Below, piece by piece: positions 1-8,797 of a DNA stretch of 46,662 nt. This DNA is from a bacterium. Its GTDB lineage: Bacteria > JBBIVP01. The translations under genes and the position numbers were made by a program. The notes below the pieces were generated by a model. The model was not told the origin of the DNA and did no database searches. It was given only the letters and a program-made list of their open reading frames with translations. The stretch is taken from the NCBI GenBank assembly GCA_037439705.1, contig JBBIVP010000001.1, forward strand, positions 1-46,662. The letters run 5' to 3'. Position 1 is the stretch's first letter. Each line of letters opens with the position of its first letter.

Positions 1-22
1 TTTTTACATTCCTTCTTTCTTC

Positions 23-226
23 TCACAGGTTTCCCCTTTCCACAACTGGTTCAAGTTTTTTCTTCAAAAGAAGTCTTGCCCTGTGAAGCCTCACCTTTGC
101 TCCGCCTTCAGATAATCCCAAAACCTTTGCAACTTCTGCTAACGGCATTCCTTCTATGTCTTTTAGTATAATAGCAATTTTATAAGATTGTGGAAGAGAT
201 TCAATTGCCTCCTGAACAAATTTTTT
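23..226 (-). pseudogene. sigma-4 (HTH) segment of the same sigma factor, in the -1 frame relative to 163..597 (disrupted gene, assembly indel or recoding)
   Basis: Own translation of the minus strand from 220 downward: FVQEAIESLPQSYKIAIILKDIEGMPLAEVAKVLGLSEGGAKVRLHRARLLLKKKLEPVVERGNL*, stop at 23-25. This is a typical sigma-70 region 4. The frame is open only from 274 and has no usable start. The junction is at the A6 run (T6 on the + strand, 221-226). Confidence 0.75.
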
Positions 227-597
227 CTTTCCTCTGCTTCTAACGATTCCTCTGTCCCACTGCTCTCTCTGTCTTCAAAATCTATCTTCTCATCTTCCAT
301 TTTGAGTTCTGATACAGAGGTTTCCCTCTTTCTCCTCCTTTTTTTCTTCATGTATGAAAGGGTTGTATTCAATGTTATCCTGAAAAGCCATGTGGAGAAA
401 AGTGAATCCTCACGGAAGTCCTTTATTGACTTTAAAACTTTTAGAAAAACTTCCTGCATTATCTCTTCGGTTTCATCTTTGTTCCTCGTCATGCTGAAGA
501 TGAATCCGAACATCTTTTTTCCGTATTTCTTTATAACTTCTCTGTATGCTAAGTCATCACCCCTTTTCAGTTTCTCTATCAGTTCTTTTTCTTCCAT
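163..597 (-). CDS. RNA polymerase sigma-70 family (ECF-like) sigma factor, sigma-2 portion; the reading frame breaks before sigma-4
   Basis: ATG at 595-597. The 144-aa ORF has a region-2 pattern (DLAYREVIKKY...EEIMQEVFLKV...FSTWLFRITLNTTLSY). The last ~16 aa (RRQLNLFHNLIKLLLY) look like out-of-frame read-through. Confidence 0.8.
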   Translation of the reverse strand: MEEKELIEKLKRGDDLAYREVIKKYGKKMFGFIFSMTRNKDETEEIMQEVFLKVLKSIKDFREDSLFSTWLFRITLNTTLSYMKKKRRRKRETSVSELKMEDEKIDFEDRESSGTEESLEAEERKNLFRRQLNLFHNLIKLLLY

Positions 598-2777
598 AAA
601 CTTCTGATAATAAAAACAAAAAAGGCGAAAAGAACTGGATAGGACGATGAGGGAGATTCAGCACATCCGCACCCTTCTTCCCTCAAAATTTTTGTTTGAA
701 GGGGTGAGAATGTCGTTGGTTCCTCCATTGCCTTTATGAAAAGAAAGGAAAGAGATGCCTCCCATATATGTGGAATGGCGACTCTATTGAAAAACTCTCC
801 ATTTCTAATCACAACCACCTCTCCGAAATGCATTGTGCCCTGTGTTGGGACCTCGTTTATAAGTATATTTTTGAGTTCATTGAGTTTTGAAGAATAATTG
901 TCCCTGTGAGTAAGAGCAAGTGCGAGTAGTCCCTTTGTTATATATGCAAATCCCTCCCTTTCCTTTTTTAAACATTTCTCGGCTTCTGAAAGAAGATATT
1001 CAGCAACCAGCGTTTCCTCATACCCTTCTCTTATTTCTGCAGGCCATAAAAACCATGCTATCTCTCCGTATGAGCCCTTTAATCCATCATCTGTATAGAA
1101 GTTCTCCATTATTCCATTTTTTACTTCTTCTGCCCTCACTAAAAACCCCTCAGCCTTCTCCTCTTCGCCGATGTATGAAAAGAACTCATGAGCGCTTTTC
1201 ATGGCAAGATAGTATGTAACTGCTCCTTGAAGCCCCTGTGTAAAAAGCGGATTGTCATCTTCATTGGCAACGCACTGAAGTTTCTTTTTTTCGTCATAAC
1301 ATTCATAAAGTGTTTCAGCTGATAATTCCAATGTTTCTTTAATTTCTTTTATGTATTTGTCCCTTCCATCTTTCAAGAACTTTGCATGAGACCAGAGTGT
1401 CCATATTATTAGTGCTGTCTCATCAATTTCAAAAGGAATTGGTCCACCTGGCATTCCATCCGGATAATAACACATGTCATAGGTCCCTCTTGCAAACGGA
1501 TAGATTCCAGATTTTCTCTGCACATCTTTGTAAAAGAGATTGTGTTTTGTCACCATTTCATGATACCCGGCCACATCAAGGGCAAGGTTTATAAATGCTC
1601 CATCCCTTGGCCAGTCCTGTCCGTAAGGAGGCTGTGTGCTTATGGACGCAACAATTGCACCTGTATTTCTGTCCTGTGCCAGCTTTATGCTTATGAGCGT
1701 TCTCTTTGAAAATTCGTCAAAATTTTGAACCCTTGAAAGCCAGTCCTTCCAGAAATTTTTTGTTTCTTCCTCAAGTTCCTTATATGAACGGGAAGATATT
1801 CCTTCAAGGATTTTTCTGGTTTCATAATAAGAATCCGAAACCCCAATAACGATCGTAAGTTCACCGTTGAAAGGAAACTCTAAGGCTGAATTTGTCTGAC
1901 ATCCTCCTATGCTGTAGCCACTTAAAATCCCATCTTTTGCATCAACATAAGCATCAACTGGTTCATCGATCCAGATTTTTTGGATTGGGCATTTTGTCAT
2001 GGAATCGTGTCCAACCTGATAGGATGATGGCGATTCTGAGCCTTTTTTTCCGAACCAGATTGCGTTCATTTTTTTGAATGGTTCAAGGAATTCATAAAAT
2101 CTATTTTTTCTTTCAATTTCTGGAACACTGAAAATTTCTTCAATGTAAGAGATATCCCTTTTTTCACCGTTCATGTGGAATATACTTCCTTCTTCATAGA
2201 AGGCTAAAAAATCGTTATTTTCATCATCAAACCAGTCAAGGATAGGAATATATGGAATCTTCTTGTTACAGGGTGCAAGGTTTTCATAAAAAATTAGTGA
2301 ATTAATTTCTTCTGGTCCCTCGTAGTGAAGGACAAGAACATCTGTATATGGTGAAACAAATGCCTTCTGGATTATTTCCTTATCTTCCCAGAAAAATTTC
2401 GTTAGGATAATGGAAGTATCTTTAAGGTAGGTCTGCTGGGAGGGAAGGTCTCTGAGCCAGATAACTTGATCATTAACTTTTATCCCAGAAAAAATCCCCA
2501 TATTTGGCTTTGCCCCCATATATGCGAGGTCGTATGCATGGTATCCTTTATCCACAGGAATTATGGGTGTGAAATAATTTAAATGGTCATAAAATCCGGG
2601 GGATGGCCATCTCAGGACAGTTATTTCTCCTTTCTCTGAAAATCCAGCGGTCAATCCGCCATTACCTGTAAAGGCATTTATGTTTGTCGCACCGAAGGTA
2701 TGTTCTACCATATCGGGTTCATGTGTGAAAGATTTTAAAGGAAAAAGGAGAATTATAAATGCGAAGAATTTTCTCAT
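579..2777 (-). CDS. secreted glycoside hydrolase family 15-like (glucoamylase/glucodextranase-type six-hairpin glycosidase) with a C-terminal Cys-motif/TM/basic tail
   Basis: ATG at 2775-2777. Signal peptide MRKFFAFIILLFPLKSF. N-domain pattern TGNGGLTAGFSEKGEITVLRWP and catalytic-domain motif PPYGQDWPRDGAF resemble GH15/COG3387 proteins. The tail is EEGCGCAESPSSSYPVLFAFFVFIIRSLWKKKN. The gene overlaps the sigma gene start by 19 nt. Confidence 0.6.
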   Translation of the reverse strand: MRKFFAFIILLFPLKSFTHEPDMVEHTFGATNINAFTGNGGLTAGFSEKGEITVLRWPSPGFYDHLNYFTPIIPVDKGYHAYDLAYMGAKPNMGIFSGIKVNDQVIWLRDLPSQQTYLKDTSIILTKFFWEDKEIIQKAFVSPYTDVLVLHYEGPEEINSLIFYENLAPCNKKIPYIPILDWFDDENNDFLAFYEEGSIFHMNGEKRDISYIEEIFSVPEIERKNRFYEFLEPFKKMNAIWFGKKGSESPSSYQVGHDSMTKCPIQKIWIDEPVDAYVDAKDGILSGYSIGGCQTNSALEFPFNGELTIVIGVSDSYYETRKILEGISSRSYKELEEETKNFWKDWLSRVQNFDEFSKRTLISIKLAQDRNTGAIVASISTQPPYGQDWPRDGAFINLALDVAGYHEMVTKHNLFYKDVQRKSGIYPFARGTYDMCYYPDGMPGGPIPFEIDETALIIWTLWSHAKFLKDGRDKYIKEIKETLELSAETLYECYDEKKKLQCVANEDDNPLFTQGLQGAVTYYLAMKSAHEFFSYIGEEEKAEGFLVRAEEVKNGIMENFYTDDGLKGSYGEIAWFLWPAEIREGYEETLVAEYLLSEAEKCLKKEREGFAYITKGLLALALTHRDNYSSKLNELKNILINEVPTQGTMHFGEVVVIRNGEFFNRVAIPHIWEASLSFLFIKAMEEPTTFSPLQTKILREEGCGCAESPSSSYPVLFAFFVFIIRSLWKKKN

Positions 2778-2791
2778 TTTTCAATAAAATA

Positions 2792-2820
2792 ATTTTATAA
2801 CCTCCAATACCAATTGTCAA
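2792..2820 (-). promoter_or_regulatory. sigma-70-type promoter for the GH15-like gene (TTGACA-N17-TAAAAT)
   Basis: On the minus strand, TTGACA at 2820-2815, an exact 17-nt spacer, and TAAAAT at 2797-2792. The ATG lies 14 nt downstream, with no SD in between. Confidence 0.5.
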
Positions 2821-2851
2821 TTCAACCAAAAGGATTCTATTGTTTATATAA

Positions 2852-3277
<426 letters not shown>

Positions 3278-3292
3278 TTTTATATGAACAAT

Positions 3293-5098
3293 TTATTTGG
3301 AAATTCCCTTTAATTTCTTGATATTTTCCTTCAACTTTTCCACCTTTTTAATGGAGATTCTTAAAAGGGAAGAGATTTCTTCATTTGAGGCATTGATTAT
3401 TCCGCCCAGTCCCATATACCTTGAGAGGAGAGTTTTTGCCCTTTTTTCTCCTATTCCTGGAATTTTAAGAAGAATCGTCTCCGTTAATCCCTTTTCCCTT
3501 CTTTTTCTGTGATACTCAATGGCAAATCTATGCGCCTCATCTCTTATCCTCATTAGAAGTTTCCCTGCCTTTGAAGAGGGTGATATTGAAATCCCCTGAG
3601 GGAATTTCGGAGTATAAACCCTGTCTCCTATTTTCATTCTCCTTCTTCCCTTGGCAATGGAAATCAAATCAATCTCTTTTACACCCTCTTCCTCAAGAAC
3701 CCTAATGCCAATTCTAAGATGTCCCTTTCCTCCGTCTATTATTATGAGGTCCGGAAGGTCTCCCCTTTCCTTTCCATCCCTTATCCTTCTCTTCAAAACC
3801 TCATAAAGCATTCCATAATCGTCAATTTCACTTCTTTCTATTTTGTATTTCCTGTATTCGCTCTTTAAAGGTTCCCCGTAGAGGAATGTAACCCTTGAAC
3901 CTCCAGCATCCTCTCCGAAAAGATTTGAAACATCAAAACACTCTATTCTTACAGGAAGTTTGGAAAGTTTAAATTTTTCTTTTATTTCAAGAAGTGTACT
4001 TTTTAGGGCTGTTTCTTTTCTTTTATCGGTTTCCATCCGGGATTGAGCATTCTTTTCCGCAAATTCAAGGAGTTCAATCTCTTCATCCGTTGATGGCTCT
4101 TTCAGAATCACCTTTTTGTTTCCCCTTTCGGATAGAATCTCAGATAAAAATAGACTGTCCTCAGGAAGTTTTCTCATCACTATAAATGAAGGGAGATATT
4201 TGTTCTCATTGTAGAATTGAACGATAAAGGTAGAAATTTCTTCGTCGGGATTGAGGGCCTTTTTGAACGAAAACTTTGAAACCTCTTCAACAGAACCGTT
4301 TCTGAAAGAAAGGACGGATATGAAAAGATTGTTTTCAACGAGTTTAATTCCTATGAAATCTTTGTCTTCTTCTGAACCAATATATATCCTTTCCCTTTCA
4401 AGGGTCTTTTCAATTGCCATTATTGTATCCCTTATCTGAGCAGCTTTTTCAAACTCCTCCTTCTCGGCAAACTCCATCATTTTTTTTCTCATTTCTTCAA
4501 TGATTTCCTTCCCCTTTCCTTTAAAAAGCCCTATGAAGTCATTCAGGTTCTTTCTGTATTCGTTTTCATCCACATATCCCATACAGGGTGCAAGACATCT
4601 CTTCATATCGTATTCTATACAGGGTCTTTTTCTTGACTGAAATTCCCTATCAGAACATGTTCTTATTTTGAAAGCCTTTATCCCGGTATCAAGGAATTCC
4701 TTTAAAGAACGAACTGATGAAAACGGTCCGAGAATGAGGTTCCCATCCTTTTGAGGTCTCCTTTCAATCCATACCCCGGGAAACCTGTGGGAGATGTTTA
4801 TTCTTAATTGCACATAGGTCTTGTCATCCCTGAGTTTTAGGTTGAACTTGGGTTTGAATTTTTTTATTAGTTTTTCCTCAAGCAGAAGTGCTTCTTTTTC
4901 TGTTTCCGTTACAATCCATTCAACATCATGTATCTCTTTAACAAGATGATGGAAAAGAAATCTTGTATCACCTGATTTTGAAAAATAACCCTTCAGTCTG
5001 TTCTTCAGATTAACCGCCTTTCCAACATAAATTACCTTCCCATCTTTGTTCTTGAAAAGATAAACACCAGGCTCCGAAGGAGGTTCAATTTTTTTCAT
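3293..5098 (-). CDS. uvrC: excinuclease ABC subunit C
   Basis: 601 aa. GIY-YIG N-terminus (GVYLFKNKDGKVIYVGKA), UVR-type helix (EFEKAAQIRD), and a C-terminal endonuclease plus HhH region (GIGEKRAKTLL). Confidence 0.95.
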   Translation of the reverse strand: MKKIEPPSEPGVYLFKNKDGKVIYVGKAVNLKNRLKGYFSKSGDTRFLFHHLVKEIHDVEWIVTETEKEALLLEEKLIKKFKPKFNLKLRDDKTYVQLRINISHRFPGVWIERRPQKDGNLILGPFSSVRSLKEFLDTGIKAFKIRTCSDREFQSRKRPCIEYDMKRCLAPCMGYVDENEYRKNLNDFIGLFKGKGKEIIEEMRKKMMEFAEKEEFEKAAQIRDTIMAIEKTLERERIYIGSEEDKDFIGIKLVENNLFISVLSFRNGSVEEVSKFSFKKALNPDEEISTFIVQFYNENKYLPSFIVMRKLPEDSLFLSEILSERGNKKVILKEPSTDEEIELLEFAEKNAQSRMETDKRKETALKSTLLEIKEKFKLSKLPVRIECFDVSNLFGEDAGGSRVTFLYGEPLKSEYRKYKIERSEIDDYGMLYEVLKRRIRDGKERGDLPDLIIIDGGKGHLRIGIRVLEEEGVKEIDLISIAKGRRRMKIGDRVYTPKFPQGISISPSSKAGKLLMRIRDEAHRFAIEYHRKRREKGLTETILLKIPGIGEKRAKTLLSRYMGLGGIINASNEEISSLLRISIKKVEKLKENIKKLKGISK

Positions 5099-5117
5099 AT
5101 AAAAATTTTATCAAAAA

Positions 5118-7964
5118 TCAAGGAAGGGGTGAAATTTTTAATATCCTTCCTCCAAAATAATCATAAAGGAGAAGGTATATATCTTTTCCATCGTGAAAAA
5201 CCTCGGCTGGATAATAAATGAGGGAATCAATAGACCTTCCGTTCATACCTCTGAATCCTGATTTGGATAGATTTCCTGCGATTCTGAAAGAGGTGTACCG
5301 GTTGAAGCCAAAGAGACTGGAATAAGATGACCCTATGAAAAGGTCTCCTCCAATGGGAAAGATGTCAGAGAATATATTCATCATAAGAGCACTTTTAAAA
5401 TAAGGCGGAGAACCTTCTATAATCCAGCCTCCATGACCACCTTCTCCTCCGATAAAGAGTTCAGCCATATTCGTTCTCAGGTCTATCCTCCATATCGCGT
5501 AATCAGTGCCTACATAAAGGAATGGATTTTCTTTTTCAGCCCTGAGGAAGTAAATGTATCCAAAGTTGACATTTCTTGCATCAGTTGGACCTGTGTAATT
5601 AAAGACATCCAATCCATTTGGATTTCCGCCTATGTGATGAAGAATTTTTGATTGGTCTATGGAGTAGATGTAAGAGGTAAGTGCCTCTGTCATTGAAAGA
5701 AAAATGCTTCCATCACTTCCAGTTTCAATGCTTGTTAGTGAAAGAAGTGGAGAGGAGAGCGCATCTTTTCCATCTTGAGGGGTAGAACACTCGCAATTTC
5801 CTCCAAACCTTCTTATCTCATTCATTGAAAAATCAACAACCTTTACAGTGCAGTCTCCATCTGCAACATAGAGTTTTCCATCAGGACCTATTGAGAGGTC
5901 CTGAGGAAAATAAAAGGCTGGGTTATCTGCGCTGATCTGCACAGATAAGGTACAGAGTTGAGGCTGTCCATTTCCAGCAATCCTTAGAAGTTTTCCTGAA
6001 GAAACCTTATAAAGGGAATGAAGTCTATTCTCAAGAAAATAAACCTCTCCATTATAAACCGCAAGCCCGCGAGGGTCTTCAAGGGATGAGTATAAAGCAT
6101 CTCCACCATCCCCTCCGTGGAGGGAATTAGAAAATGGAGAACCAGCTAATTTTTGAAAAACTGGATTAGTAAGGCTTGAGAAATATCCAATGGAATTATC
6201 TGCTTCTGAATACACATAGAGGTAATTGGAAGGATAGGCAACTGAAAAATATGAGGGGGAAAACTGAAATATATATATATCCATATCAATATAATAAAGA
6301 AGACCTGCATCAATAATAAAAATTTTATCCTGCCACAAGAATACGCCCTCTGGACCAGTGAAAGGGATTGATAATCGGCCTATTCCGGATATAGGAGACC
6401 CATAACTTCCATTTCCAGCAATGGTTGATATGTTTCCGGAGTAAAAATCAACATATCTTACAAGGTAATTTCCTGTATCTGCTATATAGAATCCTGTTAA
6501 ACCATCAGGAAATATCCCTGATGGGCTTGATAGACATGCAAGTGTGGCTTGTCCTCCATAAAATGCCTGAGTAGTAGAGTCGCATGGATATGAGGAATAA
6601 TCACCTGCTATTGTCTGAACATATCCATTGCTTATCTTCCTTATGAGATTATTTCCTGTATCTGAGAAATAAATCTCTCCGTTTTGGACAAATAGAGAAG
6701 TTGGGTTATTGAGAGGAACAGAATTGGCACTTCCATCTCCATTATAACCACATTGCCCTGGAATTCCAGCGATGAGGTCAAAACTTTTTGTTATTAAGTC
6801 AAGTTCTTTTATTGTGCAATCATAAGAATCAGAAAGAAATATCTTCTCTCCATCCTTGTATATCCTTGCTGTAGAAGGAATTGTGACAGGAATTGGAAAT
6901 TCAGCCTCTATAAAGGAGTCGGGATCCGGGGTGATTATTCCAGCGAGGTTATAGATTTTTCCTGTTGAAAGGTCAATTTTTCTTAAAAACCCCCTTCCTG
7001 AGAAACTTCCAAGATATACGATTTCATTTCCATCTACCACCATTGATGAGAGCTCCCCAAGTGGTGAATTTATTGCATCTCCTTTATCCCCAAGGGTGCT
7101 TCCAGCAATAATTGAGATTATTCCGTTGGAATACTTATAAAAAGGATTTGCAGACAGTGTCGAACCATTAACCATCTTTCCAGTTCCTGTGGTTTCAACC
7201 ACTCCTGTGTTGGATTTGTATACGAATGCAATAAAGTTCATCAATCCATCTTCGTTTCCAAATGCTGAAACAGGGATATCAACAGAAATTCTGTTTCCGG
7301 TTACAAATCCGGGAAAGGATGAGGAATAAAAAATTAGAGGCTCTCCGCTTTCCGTCCACTCATTGAAGATATAAGCTCCTGTAACTCCTCCCGCATAAAT
7401 GACAATTCCTGCATCAGGACCAATTTCTCCCTTCGTGCTTCCAATATATGTTGATGAATTCTGGTCAAGGTCCAGGAGTAAATAGAAATATACATTTTCT
7501 AAATTTGTATTCGGAGCAACCCATATATCTACTCTGATTGAGTGATTGAGTTTCTTTACCAGAACACCATTTATGTCACAAATTTTTGAATCTCCGAGAG
7601 GGTCGTGAACAAATCCGCTGAATTCAATCAAACTGAGATAGATATCCACATTATTTGTGGCTCCCGGCAGGATGTCTTTGATGCTTGTTCCAAAAAGAAC
7701 GGGTGTGCCACCATAAACATTAGCATAGGCTTTAAAAACCCTTTTTTCACCGGCAGGAACCATAATTTCTTTTTCCAATGTGTCAATCGGAATAACATCC
7801 GTTATGGGGCTTAAAGCAGACTCCCATTCAACGCTAAGGGTAATTGAACTAACATAAGTAGGAATTCCTCCTGTTCCGTCAAGTTTGAAATCCACACGAA
7901 CAAAATTGCCCTTCCTTTCACACGCAAAAATCAACAATAAAAATACAAGGATGCACCTTCTCAT
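5118..7964 (-). CDS. large lipoprotein with tandem NHL-type beta-propeller repeats
   Basis: ATG at 7962-7964 preceded by GGAGGTG. Lipobox LLLIFAC. About 12 blade-like repeats of the type IAGNG..G..GDGG.A....L..P.G......IYF.DTGNN.IRKI (for example YFSDTGNNLIRKIS, FYIADTGNYLVRYVD, LYVADGDCTVKVVD). Confidence 0.7.
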   Translation of the reverse strand: MRRCILVFLLLIFACERKGNFVRVDFKLDGTGGIPTYVSSITLSVEWESALSPITDVIPIDTLEKEIMVPAGEKRVFKAYANVYGGTPVLFGTSIKDILPGATNNVDIYLSLIEFSGFVHDPLGDSKICDINGVLVKKLNHSIRVDIWVAPNTNLENVYFYLLLDLDQNSSTYIGSTKGEIGPDAGIVIYAGGVTGAYIFNEWTESGEPLIFYSSSFPGFVTGNRISVDIPVSAFGNEDGLMNFIAFVYKSNTGVVETTGTGKMVNGSTLSANPFYKYSNGIISIIAGSTLGDKGDAINSPLGELSSMVVDGNEIVYLGSFSGRGFLRKIDLSTGKIYNLAGIITPDPDSFIEAEFPIPVTIPSTARIYKDGEKIFLSDSYDCTIKELDLITKSFDLIAGIPGQCGYNGDGSANSVPLNNPTSLFVQNGEIYFSDTGNNLIRKISNGYVQTIAGDYSSYPCDSTTQAFYGGQATLACLSSPSGIFPDGLTGFYIADTGNYLVRYVDFYSGNISTIAGNGSYGSPISGIGRLSIPFTGPEGVFLWQDKIFIIDAGLLYYIDMDIYIFQFSPSYFSVAYPSNYLYVYSEADNSIGYFSSLTNPVFQKLAGSPFSNSLHGGDGGDALYSSLEDPRGLAVYNGEVYFLENRLHSLYKVSSGKLLRIAGNGQPQLCTLSVQISADNPAFYFPQDLSIGPDGKLYVADGDCTVKVVDFSMNEIRRFGGNCECSTPQDGKDALSSPLLSLTSIETGSDGSIFLSMTEALTSYIYSIDQSKILHHIGGNPNGLDVFNYTGPTDARNVNFGYIYFLRAEKENPFLYVGTDYAIWRIDLRTNMAELFIGGEGGHGGWIIEGSPPYFKSALMMNIFSDIFPIGGDLFIGSSYSSLFGFNRYTSFRIAGNLSKSGFRGMNGRSIDSLIYYPAEVFHDGKDIYLLLYDYFGGRILKISPLP

Positions 7965-7977
7965 TTTTCACCTCCAT

Positions 7978-8781
7978 TTAAGGGAATATAACCCTTACCT
8001 TTACAGGGATTTCTCCGAGTTCTTGAAAGACATCCTGTCCACCTGTTTGAACTGTCTGCTCCACAGGAGGTCTATGATAAAACTCTTCAGGAGTAGCAAT
8101 TGTTCTTTCTTCCCCTTCAGGTAAAAATCCTTCCCATTTCTCCTCAAATTCTTCATGTCCTTCATGAGATGGCTCAATCCCTTCAATGAACTTCATTATC
8201 TTTTCAGGGTCAAATCTCTGCGGAGGAGAAGGAGGTTGACCCTCAAATACAGATGTGATGTATCCTTCCTCAAGAACAATGCTTCCAAGAGGTGTGTCAA
8301 CATAGATTGAATCCTCAAGGACTATGATTTCTGTCTGTGATGGAGAATATGCTGAGACAATAAACTTCGTCCCCCTAACACCAACGACTGCTGTGTTTGT
8401 TTCCACGGAGAACTCTCCCTTTATCCCCTTATAAACCTTTCTCAGAATTGTCATTATTGAGCCCCTTATAAGTTTGAGAATTCCTCTCCTCTTTGAAAAT
8501 TCCTCATCAAGAAGGAAATCAGAGATATTGACCTCTGCATCTGGACCTATTTTTATCACCGTTTCATCAAGAAGAACTACCTCAACCCTTCCATTGTTAT
8601 ATGTCCTTATCAAATCTCCTTTAATAAAGGCTGTTGAAGGTGTGATTTTCAGAGAAACTCCATTTCTTATAACCTCACACCTTCCCTCTATCCTTCCCGG
8701 ATAACCAATGACCTCCTCTCCATAAGAAAAAGAGGCTCTCAAAATAAAAAACAACCCCACCACATAAAACCCTTTTTTCAT
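7978..8781 (-). CDS. exported FecR-domain protein with no anti-sigma or TM module
   Basis: FecR-like core (GRIEGRCEVIRNGVSLKITPSTAFIKGDLIRTYNNGRVEVVLLDETVIKIGPDAEV). I place the start at the ATG 8779-8781 (MKKGFYVVGLFFILRASFSYG signal peptide), because GGAGG lies 5 nt upstream. The track start at 8805 is a TTG. Confidence 0.7.
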   Translation of the reverse strand: MKKGFYVVGLFFILRASFSYGEEVIGYPGRIEGRCEVIRNGVSLKITPSTAFIKGDLIRTYNNGRVEVVLLDETVIKIGPDAEVNISDFLLDEEFSKRRGILKLIRGSIMTILRKVYKGIKGEFSVETNTAVVGVRGTKFIVSAYSPSQTEIIVLEDSIYVDTPLGSIVLEEGYITSVFEGQPPSPPQRFDPEKIMKFIEGIEPSHEGHEEFEEKWEGFLPEGEERTIATPEEFYHRPPVEQTVQTGGQDVFQELGEIPVKVRVIFP

Positions 8782-8797
8782 AATTTCCTCCTTCTTT

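Noticed and set aside
6269-6280. (AT)6 dinucleotide run inside the NHL lipoprotein gene, considered as a possible slipped-strand phase-variation switch
   Set aside because: Only six units, in an AT-rich genome. It encodes a sensible in-frame segment (DMDIYIF), and there is no evidence of length variation from a single sequence.
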